IMG/VR virus record: IMGVR_UViG_3300046167_000798
DNA: 64,000 nucleotides
Source of the DNA: a virus
Lineage: Duplodnaviria; Caudoviricetes
Reading direction: 5' to 3' (one strand)
Shown here: piece by piece, positions 1 through 8,671 of the stretch
Layout: each line of letters starts with the position of its first letter
Position numbering within the stretch: the stretch's first letter is position 1
Translations under genes and position numbers: made by a program
The notes under the pieces: generated by a model
What the model saw: only the letters and a program-made list of their open reading frames with translations
The model's database searches: none
What the model was told of the DNA's origin: nothing

Positions 1-3000
1 CTCTTTCAAATGAAACTCCTTTAAGTGATGGGTCTTTTTGTAACGCATCAAGTAATTCTTTATCTAAGTTACCACCTAACCTTGCTTGGAATCTTAAAGC
101 TCTTAGTTTTCTTAATGGGTCTTCATCAAATCTTTCTGATGCCTTACCAACTGTTCTAATGTTTTTCTTTTTAAGGTCTGCAATACCTCCAACTAAATCA
201 ACTATCTCTTTTCTATCAATATCATAGAACAAAGCATTGATAGTTAAATCTCTTCTTCGTACATCACCCTCTATATCTGTATAATCAACCGATGAAGGTC
301 TTCTACCTTTACCAATATCTTTTCTAAACGTTGCAATTTCATGTCCACCAACCATTACAACTCCGAATGATTTACCAACCTCAACAGTTTTCATTCCTAA
401 ATCTTTTGCAATCTTTAACACCTCATCTGGTTTTGCATCTGTTGCTAAATCAAAATCCTTTGGTGATTTACCAAGTATAGCATCTCTTACTGCTCCACCT
501 ACTACATAAAGTTTCTTACCATTCTTTTTAAATCCTTTTTGGATTTTAATGATATCAGATGGTACTCTTAATTTAAAGTTTTTACTTTCATCTAATCCAC
601 TTCTATCGTGTTTAGAGAATTTACCTAATTTATCAAATGCTCTAAATGATTTTAGTTTATTTACTTTTTTAGGTGTCATTACAGATAGTTGTTTATATCT
701 CATGTGGTTTTTAACAATGTAAAATACATTTGCTGGATTACCACCAACTGATTCTATAAACTTTTTATACTTCTTTACTAAAGATGCTGATACTTTCTCA
801 TGTCCAAAGTGTGTAATGTGTCCTTTCTTTGGATGAATACCTGCAGTTTCATCTTTTCCTATATCATGGAACATTGCTGCTATTGCAATATCAATGTCAT
901 CTTCTTTGATTGAACGATTTACAACTACGATTGTGTGTTTAAGAACATTTCCTTCAGGATGTTTATCTACTCTTTGACCAAAGTTTTTTAAATTGTAAAC
1001 TCTCTTTTGTAAATCAGAAGGCATCTTTTTAAATAAGGATTTGAAATCGGTGATTCCTAATTCTTTTAAACTTTCTTCAATTGGTTCGTATCCTCGTTTC
1101 TTAGTATCCTTTTCTTTTTCTTGATGTCCACCTAGTTTACCATCATCATCAAAATCTATTGTATCTGGTTCAGCTATTGAACCTCTTTTTGCATATGATG
1201 AATATGTATGATGTTTATTAAAATCTTTTTCAGCTTCTGATGAAGGTTTACTACTCTTTACAGATTTAAACTTATCTGTTACCTTTGTTGGTAACGATTC
1301 CTTTACTACATCTTCTTGTTTTTTACCTTGAAACTTATCAAATTCTTTTTGCCTAAGAGCTGGTAGAAATCTAAACTTAGCTCTTTTCATTATTCTACCC
1401 TTTTTTCTCACTACGTTCTTATGAACTACTTGTGATTGTTTGATAGTTAAATCAGATTTCTTTTTATCAGGAAATAAATCTTTCAAAAACTCATCATAAA
1501 CTTGTCTGTATGCCATTTTGTAAGCAATCTTTTTAAGTTTAGAAAGAGGTTTTCTTCGTTTCATTGTTCTGGCTCTTCTTCTTGCTATTTGAGCTTTCTT
1601 ACCAGCCATTGCCGCTTTTCTTCTCAATTTATCAGCAGGTCTCATTTTCCCTCGTTCATCGAGTTCTTCATTCAAACCCATTTTCTCTTTCCAAGAATCA
1701 AAAGCATCAAAATCGTACTCTCCTTTTTGAGAATCCCATCCACATGAATGACATAAATACTTTTCACTATCATCAGATTCTATTTCCCATTGGTGATTAC
1801 ATTTTTCACACTTAACTTCTGTTCCTGCAAGTTCTGAAATGAATCCTTCTTTAACCATTCTAAAGGTAACCACTTTTCTACCATTGATTGTTGGCATTCC
1901 ATGTTCATCTTTACCGATTGTTTTAACAACTGTTTTCTTGTTCTTAAATCTACCAGTCATAATAGTATCCCCAACTTTAATTGGTAGTACTATATTTTCA
2001 TTTAAAGATGCTTCGTATTCTTCTTGGGCTTTTTTATCACCTTTTTGAGAATCTAGTGATTGTTCTTTTTCATCTTTGTTAATATCCAATCCCTTTACCA
2101 ATTCGTAACCAACTAATGCCGCTTTACGAGTTACATGCTTAAACCATTTAGAATAAGCATCTGATGAATAGATATCAACTTGGTTAGTTGCAGTTGTTGT
2201 ACCAAGTACACCTGCTGGAAATGGAGTTACTGCTTTAACAGGTCCATTTGGGTATGTTGGATGGTCATAATAATCTTCTAATTCTTTAGTAGTAATCATA
2301 TTTACCACTTCGTATCCAATTCTCTTTGCTCTCTCTACATTTATCTTAGAGAAAACATCGTAGTTTGGAAACATGAAGTTTGGCCCATCATCTGCTTGAC
2401 CACTTCCCATTTTAGAACTCTCATTTAACAACCACTCTTCAATCATCTCTTTAGAAATTTCAATTCCCTCATCGAGTTTATCAGTAATCATACTGAAGAT
2501 AGTTGCATTAAACTTTCCATACGCTCTTTTCTTAAAGAAGTTCTTTTTCTGTTCATCAGAACCAACTGATAAACCATTTCTTACTTCTGTACCACTTACT
2601 GCACCACCAGACATTGGAGCTGCATAAACATATCCTCTATCTCTATATCCTTCCGATGGGTCTCCTTTATATGTTTGAAAGTATTTTCCACTATCAGGTC
2701 TTAATCTACTTTTATCTTTCTCGCCAACAACAGTTACAAATGCAGTTGTTTCTTCATCGAACTTTTTAAGAATTTCTGTGGGTTTGTATGGGTCTCTAAC
2801 TTTATGTATTTTGGATTTTGGAATTCCAAACATAGTAGTCATAATTTTCACCTTTTCTTTGAAGTTAAAAGGTGATTTAGGTAATTGTACCTTATCAGAT
2901 GTACCAACATAAACATTATCCTTACCGAACTTTTTGACAAGGTGTTGGTAAGTACCAGCATGTCCTTTGTGCATAGGCTGAAACCTACCCACATAGATAA

Positions 3001-3070
3001 CTACTGTTTTTTTAATAGGATTCTTATCCTCCATTATACTCTCTACGAGAAATTTGGAAAGTTCATTCAT
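1..3070 (-). CDS. Multidomain polyprotein, 3' end outside window (>1023 aa): NMNAT/cytidylyltransferase-like + unknown + Zn ribbon + Arg/Lys-rich + HD + CCA-type tRNA nucleotidyltransferase
   Basis: Translated by hand; the frame is open from ATG at 3070 to base 2 (not in ORF track). Motifs: GRFQPMHKGH and SGTEVR (HxGH nucleotidyltransferase), CEKC..CHSC, HPEGNVLKHT..MFHDIGK (HD), GGAVRD, DFDLATD, RRDLTINA, EDPLRKLRALRF (class II CCA/PAP head). Confidence 0.9.
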   Translation of the reverse strand, partial: MNELSKFLVESIMEDKNPIKKTVVIYVGRFQPMHKGHAGTYQHLVKKFGKDNVYVGTSDKVQLPKSPFNFKEKVKIMTTMFGIPKSKIHKVRDPYKPTEILKKFDEETTAFVTVVGEKDKSRLRPDSGKYFQTYKGDPSEGYRDRGYVYAAPMSGGAVSGTEVRNGLSVGSDEQKKNFFKKRAYGKFNATIFSMITDKLDEGIEISKEMIEEWLLNESSKMGSGQADDGPNFMFPNYDVFSKINVERAKRIGYEVVNMITTKELEDYYDHPTYPNGPVKAVTPFPAGVLGTTTATNQVDIYSSDAYSKWFKHVTRKAALVGYELVKGLDINKDEKEQSLDSQKGDKKAQEEYEASLNENIVLPIKVGDTIMTGRFKNKKTVVKTIGKDEHGMPTINGRKVVTFRMVKEGFISELAGTEVKCEKCNHQWEIESDDSEKYLCHSCGWDSQKGEYDFDAFDSWKEKMGLNEELDERGKMRPADKLRRKAAMAGKKAQIARRRARTMKRRKPLSKLKKIAYKMAYRQVYDEFLKDLFPDKKKSDLTIKQSQVVHKNVVRKKGRIMKRAKFRFLPALRQKEFDKFQGKKQEDVVKESLPTKVTDKFKSVKSSKPSSEAEKDFNKHHTYSSYAKRGSIAEPDTIDFDDDGKLGGHQEKEKDTKKRGYEPIEESLKELGITDFKSLFKKMPSDLQKRVYNLKNFGQRVDKHPEGNVLKHTIVVVNRSIKEDDIDIAIAAMFHDIGKDETAGIHPKKGHITHFGHEKVSASLVKKYKKFIESVGGNPANVFYIVKNHMRYKQLSVMTPKKVNKLKSFRAFDKLGKFSKHDRSGLDESKNFKLRVPSDIIKIQKGFKKNGKKLYVVGGAVRDAILGKSPKDFDLATDAKPDEVLKIAKDLGMKTVEVGKSFGVVMVGGHEIATFRKDIGKGRRPSSVDYTDIEGDVRRRDLTINALFYDIDRKEIVDLVGGIADLKKKNIRTVGKASERFDEDPLRKLRALRFQARLGGNLDKELLDALQKDPSLKGVSFER

Positions 3071-3090
3071 ATTTGGTACACCTTATCAGT

Positions 3091-3100
3091 ATATAAATAT
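3091..3100 (-). promoter_or_regulatory. ATATTTATAT motif, putative late promoter
   Basis: Exact 10-mer 20 nt upstream of ATG 3070; the same 10-mer precedes six other genes. Confidence 0.6.
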
Positions 3101-4149
3101 TAATTATATAAATTAAAGAAAGCATGTCCAGTTTTATCCAATTCTAAATCATGTGAATTGTTATTTAAAAACTCTAAATATTCTGGATTTGTAAATTTGT
3201 TTGTTTTAGCTATATTAAGTGCCGTTTGTCTGTTTCTTTCTAACTTGTTTGATATCAAATCATATAGTTTATTATAATCTTTATCTTTTAACCTATCTAA
3301 GTTTTCACAAATACCAATTATTCTTTCTGTTCTTGTTTCTTTTGAATCAAATGAATAATCAAATATTTCATCATACAACTCAAACCCAAATTCTTCTAAT
3401 GTTTTATGAAATCCCTTATATGAATATGTAATAAATGGCTGACCAACTAATAATGGTTTACAAGTTTTTTCAGATATACCTATTATTTCATCATCACTTT
3501 CGGTTACTAGATTTATCAAAGGATTTCCATAAGTTATATCGTGCCAATACCAAGACCATCCGTCTTGTTTAGAATCTGTGGTAAGTTTTTTATATTTGTT
3601 ATCAAAATACTTAAATTTATAATCATATACATCCCCATCCATTAACCAACTATAATTACCATAAGATAGTAAATCGTATTTAGATAAGGTATCCATCATT
3701 TCACATCTGAAATCATGTGGTTTATTATTTAAGTTTATAAATAAAGAACTTTTGGAATTGTTGGATATATTTTTAGATACATTATCAATATTGTAATTTT
3801 TGTTTTCATAATGTTTATAAACTAAAAAGTTTAAAAAGTAAAGTGGACTATCAAAAAACTTTATATTAGATAATTCTTTTCTATTGTACCAACTTGATTG
3901 TTTTTTGTAAAAAGAAAGTGCAAAAATTAAAGTTAAGTTATATCTTACTAATTTATTATTAATTTCTTCAAAATTTTCATGGCCAATTTCTCTTTCTTGC
4001 AAGTTTTCCATGTAAATATACTCACCCCCATCTAATATCACATTATGGATAAAAGAATTACTACAAGATGATTCATCATATTCTAGTATCATCTCTAGTA
4101 TTGTATCAGGAGAACCCTGCCCAATATACTGATGAACTGATTTACTCAT
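3100..4149 (-). CDS. GT10-like putative glycosyltransferase, paralogue 1
   Basis: C-terminal VTES..ISEKTCKPLLVGQPF..GFELYDEIFDYSFD block shared with six other ORFs; xTEK resembles the GT10 donor-binding motif. Confidence 0.5.
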   Translation of the reverse strand: MSKSVHQYIGQGSPDTILEMILEYDESSCSNSFIHNVILDGGEYIYMENLQEREIGHENFEEINNKLVRYNLTLIFALSFYKKQSSWYNRKELSNIKFFDSPLYFLNFLVYKHYENKNYNIDNVSKNISNNSKSSLFINLNNKPHDFRCEMMDTLSKYDLLSYGNYSWLMDGDVYDYKFKYFDNKYKKLTTDSKQDGWSWYWHDITYGNPLINLVTESDDEIIGISEKTCKPLLVGQPFITYSYKGFHKTLEEFGFELYDEIFDYSFDSKETRTERIIGICENLDRLKDKDYNKLYDLISNKLERNRQTALNIAKTNKFTNPEYLEFLNNNSHDLELDKTGHAFFNLYN

Positions 4150-4150
4150 A

Positions 4151-4282
4151 TTAATGATTTTTATAAATAAATGGGTCTCTTTTACGAAGTTCTTCTAATT
4201 TCTTTTTATATTGTTTTTGAAGCTTTCTTCTTTGTATTTTTTTTATTACCCAACCAAATAAAAAGTTATATATTTTTTTCAT
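4151..4282 (-). CDS. Small basic hypothetical protein (43 aa, MKKIYNFLFGW..RKRDPFIYKNH)
   Basis: ATG 4282 to TAA 4151 fills the gap between flanking genes; below the ORF-track length cutoff. Confidence 0.6.
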   Translation of the reverse strand: MKKIYNFLFGWVIKKIQRRKLQKQYKKKLEELRKRDPFIYKNH

Positions 4283-4286
4283 AATC

Positions 4287-4836
4287 TTAGTTTTTATAAT
4301 ATAATTCAGGATACTCTACTAGTATATGTATTCCCCCTTCGGATAAAGCCTTTCTTATATGCTGGTAATATCTTTTCTGCAGTATCTAATTTTTCAATAG
4401 TACAATTTGTAACCATTTGTTTAAAAGCATCTGTGTAATCTGCTTTGTGTTGATGACCAGGGTCTAATGGTTTATCAGAACCCTTACCAACTCGTATGAT
4501 TACATTTGGTTTCCATTGACCATCAGACATTACTTCTAACTTATCTAAATGATTAATTAATTGGTTTGCTGCAAGAATAACAAAATCCCATCTTGGATAA
4601 AAAGATATAACTTGATGGCCGGTCATTGCCAATCCAACTGTCATTCCCATTTGGGTTTCTTCCATTACTGGTGTTTCTATCATTCTTTCTTTTGGTAATC
4701 CCTCAATAGTTTTACTCATTGGGTTACCATAATAAACTATCTGTTGTCCGATGAATATTGTTTTATCATCTTCCATTGAAAGTTTCATTGCTTCTGTTAA
4801 AGCATCTAAGTACGGTGTAAATTCTGGTTGTGCCAT
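4287..4836 (-). CDS. TPP-dependent E1-beta/transketolase pyrimidine-binding-domain protein (short form); +1 indel near 4349
   Basis: IETPVMEETQMGMTVGLAMTG, YPRWDF..AANQLINH motifs. Removing one base at 4349-4350 gives the C-terminus KKALSEGGIHILVEYPELYYKN with TAA at 4287. Confidence 0.85.
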
Positions 4837-5765
4837 TAGTTGTTTTCTTTAAAATAGTTATATGTTCTTTTTACTCCTTCTTCAAATCCTGTTTGAGGAA
4901 GTAGTCCATTCTTTTCTTGTATTGTGGTATTCATTCTTCTTCTTGGTTCTCCATTTGGTTTAGAAGTATCCCAATTCACTTTTATATCTTTACCACTTAC
5001 TTTTATAATTGTATCAACCATTCGTTTGATTGATATTTCTTCACCACTACCTAAGTTTGTAGTGATATGTAATTTATCTTCATAACATTTGATTGTTGCA
5101 TCAGCTACATCTCCCGCGTAGATGAAATCTCTTGTTGGTGTTCCATCTCCCCATCCTACAATCTCTCCTTCTGATTCATAAACCTTTTTGATATTAGCAG
5201 GTAGTGCCATTGCCCACTCACCAAAGTTATCATACTCACCAAAGATATTTGCTGGTCTTACAACTGTCCAATTTTTCCAATTGTGTTGTACACCATATGC
5301 TTCTAAGTACAACTCTGGTACTCTCTTACTCCACGATGGATACCAATCATGTTGTGATGGTAGGGTTTTCCATACTGTATCTTCAATGAATTCTGGTGCT
5401 GATTCATATACACCAACTGATGACATGAATACTAACCAAACATCTTTTCTAAAACAGTTTTCAATAATGTTAAAGTTTCCTTTGATTGATGGTTCTAAGA
5501 AATCAACAGGATTTTCTTTTGCTGTTTTGGGAGTTCCTTTAATACCAAACGAATTTATACATCCATCAAAATCATGCCAATCAAACAATACAGATACTTT
5601 TTTTGTATCTCTTAAATCTATATTATGAAATTTAAAGTTTTCTCTTTTTTCTTTTGGTTCTTTTAAATCTACACCTACTACAAAGTATCCTTTACTTATA
5701 AGTTTATTTACAATGTGAGTTCCAACTAAACCACTACAACCTGTTACTAAAACTGTTTTACTCAT
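4836..5765 (-). CDS. NAD-dependent epimerase/reductase, GDP-fucose synthase-like extended SDR
   Basis: VTGCSGLVG, RPANIFGEYDNF, WGDGTPTRDFIYAGD, WDTSKPNGEPRR. Confidence 0.85.
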   Translation of the reverse strand: MSKTVLVTGCSGLVGTHIVNKLISKGYFVVGVDLKEPKEKRENFKFHNIDLRDTKKVSVLFDWHDFDGCINSFGIKGTPKTAKENPVDFLEPSIKGNFNIIENCFRKDVWLVFMSSVGVYESAPEFIEDTVWKTLPSQHDWYPSWSKRVPELYLEAYGVQHNWKNWTVVRPANIFGEYDNFGEWAMALPANIKKVYESEGEIVGWGDGTPTRDFIYAGDVADATIKCYEDKLHITTNLGSGEEISIKRMVDTIIKVSGKDIKVNWDTSKPNGEPRRRMNTTIQEKNGLLPQTGFEEGVKRTYNYFKENN

Positions 5766-6708
5766 TTTCTATTTTTTTTATAATTGATTTTGCCAAAACT
5801 TCATGACATCTTTTCGATGGGTGATTATCTTTAATTCTAGGATTAAATGTATCATCAGTAGAAATCATCATTTCTTCATTATCTTTCATTAATTTTTGTA
5901 TTGTATTATACCCATCTTTATAATCAAGTTTTATAATTCTATCAGTAAACCACTTATCATCCTTCATATAATCATAATTCTTATCAATCCAAATTAAAAT
6001 TCTAACTTTAATTCCATTTTGCTCATACTTGATTAATTCTTTTTTTAATATTTTAGTTTTTTCTTTATAGAAAGAATCTTGCCACTCATCCAAAGTTAAA
6101 TTATTTTGCATTAACCACTCTATAAATAATTTATGAATTACAGGTTGTGGATTTGCAACTGAAATTCTGAAGGTTTGAGTATCCTTGTTCCAAAAATCAG
6201 TTTCCCATAATGAATTATCAGAAGTAAAATGTGGCCCTACTGATTCAGGATTTTCTTGAATACTCTGTTTTTCTTCCCATGTAAGTTTAACATCTTTTAT
6301 ATTTAATTTAAAATCAAATGAATTTCTTTCAGTAACAGAAGTTTGAAATATTATATAATCTATATCATTATAATCTAAACAATCTTTTGGAGGATTCTTC
6401 ATGATATGAGTTAACCAATTAAAATGGCCGTGGTTTTTATAAAATTCTTTATCAAAACATAATTTTAAAAATTTATAAGAAATATCATCAGAACCTCCAT
6501 TTGTACGCTTACTATATTCAAAGGTATTAAAGTGATTTGTAACTAGCCTTGAAAATCTAATAGTATCTTTATATAAGATATGAGAAACCTTAACTTTATC
6601 TTCAATATACTCACAATTTTTTGGATAATATATATCATCTAAATTTGAGTAAAACCACAATCCTTGTCCCCAAGTAAATGAATCTCCTGTAAAAACTATT
6701 CCTTTCAT
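5758..6708 (-). CDS. SGNH/GDSL-fold protein
   Basis: N-terminal FTGDSFTWGQG and C-terminal DNHP. Confidence 0.6.
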   Translation of the reverse strand: MKGIVFTGDSFTWGQGLWFYSNLDDIYYPKNCEYIEDKVKVSHILYKDTIRFSRLVTNHFNTFEYSKRTNGGSDDISYKFLKLCFDKEFYKNHGHFNWLTHIMKNPPKDCLDYNDIDYIIFQTSVTERNSFDFKLNIKDVKLTWEEKQSIQENPESVGPHFTSDNSLWETDFWNKDTQTFRISVANPQPVIHKLFIEWLMQNNLTLDEWQDSFYKEKTKILKKELIKYEQNGIKVRILIWIDKNYDYMKDDKWFTDRIIKLDYKDGYNTIQKLMKDNEEMMISTDDTFNPRIKDNHPSKRCHEVLAKSIIKKIENE

Positions 6709-8018
6709 ATTATTTCGTATTTATCCAATACCCCATCTAAACTTAAATTATCAATTGAAGATATAATCTCAGTAATAGCATCTACTCTTCTTTGTTTAGG
6801 ATGTATTCTCTTTCTCCAAGTATTATGATTATGTTCAATTGTTGGTCTCATCTCTTCTAACATTTCAACCAATTCCTTTTCACTTTTTTTATTTAAATCT
6901 TCTAGTATTTTTATAATCATATTTAACCGAGTATCCAAATCCAACTCATCATCATAAGATTCATCCCACCACTTGTTAAATGTTTTATATCCTAATTTTT
7001 TAAGATATTTTAATGTATATGGTGAACTAATCATTAAAAAAGGCATATGTGCTGCTATTGGTTTAAATGTTTTTTCAGAAAAATATATTACGTTATGTTC
7101 TACGTTTGTTTCAGTAACAACCCATAAAAATGTATTTTTTGTATTTTTAAAATTCATTATTTGACCATGATAATCTCCTACTTCATTTCCATTCAATCCA
7201 TATTTTTCCCAATCTGACTCATCCAATTCAGGTAAATGCATTGGAGTAAGTTTAACAAAATTATTATATTCTTCTTCTGTAATTGAATAGTGTCTTGAAT
7301 CAAACAACTCCCACATTTCATCCGAAGGAGGTAATTCTATACTTTGATTTAAAAATGATACATTTCCCCTTTCTAATAAATTTTCTTTAACTAATTTAGA
7401 TACGAATAATAATCTACTAAGATGTCCTTTTCGATTATAACATACAAACAACTTATCTATATTTTCTTTTTTTTCATATTTTTCAGGTAAATTAAAACAA
7501 TTTATATGTGTCTCTGATGGTTGTGTAAATGGAATACAAACTAAATTAAATCTTTTCTTTTTACAAATTTGATTTGCTATTTGATTTTGATATACAAAAA
7601 ATACACTTCCTTTTGGTAATTTTAGATGTTTCATCATACTATTTAAATTTAGTAGTGAATATTCGGGCTCTCCCCATGGATGTAATCCACGACTTCCCCA
7701 ATAACCATCATCTCCAATTGTAATAACTATTTTAGCTTTTTTAGTTCTTATATCGTTTAGAATAGTTTCTGGTAAATTTTTAAAAACAGTAAATGGTTCA
7801 TCTTGTTTAAGAATTCTACTTGTCCAAAAATCTTCAGGCTTAAAAAATCCAAATTGACAAGAAAATAAAACAATGTAAGATTTTACAGAATTGATAAGAG
7901 TATCATTTATAAAAGTTGCGTTTCCTACATGCCTCATTCTTCCTCCTGAATCATTGATTAAGTTTGAATATTGAAACCCCTCAATAACTGCGGTTTTATT
8001 TTTAAAAATTACAGACAT
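6705..8018 (-). CDS. GT10-like putative glycosyltransferase, paralogue 2
   Basis: FVCYNRKGHLSR; VVTET..FSEKTFKPIAAHMPF..GYKTFNKWWDESYD. Confidence 0.5.
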   Translation of the reverse strand: MSVIFKNKTAVIEGFQYSNLINDSGGRMRHVGNATFINDTLINSVKSYIVLFSCQFGFFKPEDFWTSRILKQDEPFTVFKNLPETILNDIRTKKAKIVITIGDDGYWGSRGLHPWGEPEYSLLNLNSMMKHLKLPKGSVFFVYQNQIANQICKKKRFNLVCIPFTQPSETHINCFNLPEKYEKKENIDKLFVCYNRKGHLSRLLFVSKLVKENLLERGNVSFLNQSIELPPSDEMWELFDSRHYSITEEEYNNFVKLTPMHLPELDESDWEKYGLNGNEVGDYHGQIMNFKNTKNTFLWVVTETNVEHNVIYFSEKTFKPIAAHMPFLMISSPYTLKYLKKLGYKTFNKWWDESYDDELDLDTRLNMIIKILEDLNKKSEKELVEMLEEMRPTIEHNHNTWRKRIHPKQRRVDAITEIISSIDNLSLDGVLDKYEII

Positions 8019-8026
8019 AAATTAAT

Positions 8027-8671
8027 TTAAAATACTACCCATTTTCCAGTACCATAATGTGGGTACTTTGATTCATACTTATAATACATTACATCTTCTG
8101 GTAATTCTCTCTGAATACCATTCCAAGTATCTAATGTTGGTGTGTTTGTACTTACACCATTATCTTCTACAATAAAATGAATAGGTAAATCATAATTTCT
8201 TGCATACTTGTGAACTTCATAAAAGATGCCACTTTCAAATGACATATCACCTACAAAAACCCAAACTTTTTCATCACTACCTTTTAGTTTAAGTGATTTT
8301 GCAACACCTAGTGCAATTGGTAAAGTTCCAGTAACAATTGCAGATGCATAAAAATTAGAATCTTTATCTACAATAGTAATTGATTTACCATCTAATATTT
8401 TTTGTTTAAGAACTTGTGGTTCTACCCCATGTAGTAATGCATGGTAATGAGACCTCCAAGTTGAGAATACCCAATCGGTTGGAGATATTTTTTTGAACAC
8501 TTCTATAAGTTGTTCTTCATTTCCATTAGATAAGTGTATAGGCCCTCTAATATCCCCACCTTCCCAATGTGATATAATATCATCTTCAAAGGCGATTAAA
8601 TCTTCCTTTGACCAATTTCCTTCTATCCATCTATCTTCGTGGTAATCTAAATTTTTAATTTCTGTTTTCAT
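8027..8671 (-). CDS. TPP-dependent E1-alpha-like protein (short, 214 aa)
   Basis: GPIHLSNGNEE, STWRSHYH, TPP-binding VGDMSFESG..IVEDN. Confidence 0.85.
   Translation of the reverse strand: MKTEIKNLDYHEDRWIEGNWSKEDLIAFEDDIISHWEGGDIRGPIHLSNGNEEQLIEVFKKISPTDWVFSTWRSHYHALLHGVEPQVLKQKILDGKSITIVDKDSNFYASAIVTGTLPIALGVAKSLKLKGSDEKVWVFVGDMSFESGIFYEVHKYARNYDLPIHFIVEDNGVSTNTPTLDTWNGIQRELPEDVMYYKYESKYPHYGTGKWVVF

Noticed and set aside
1-585. Poly(A) polymerase identity for the nucleotidyltransferase
   Set aside because: It lacks the GRRF-type PAP signature (has VGKSFGV); a tRNA nucleotidyltransferase is more likely, pending assay.
4287-8671. Pyruvate dehydrogenase as a central-carbon auxiliary metabolic gene
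   Set aside because: The subunits are truncated, E2 and E3 are absent from the window, and the context is entirely sugar-nucleotide genes.
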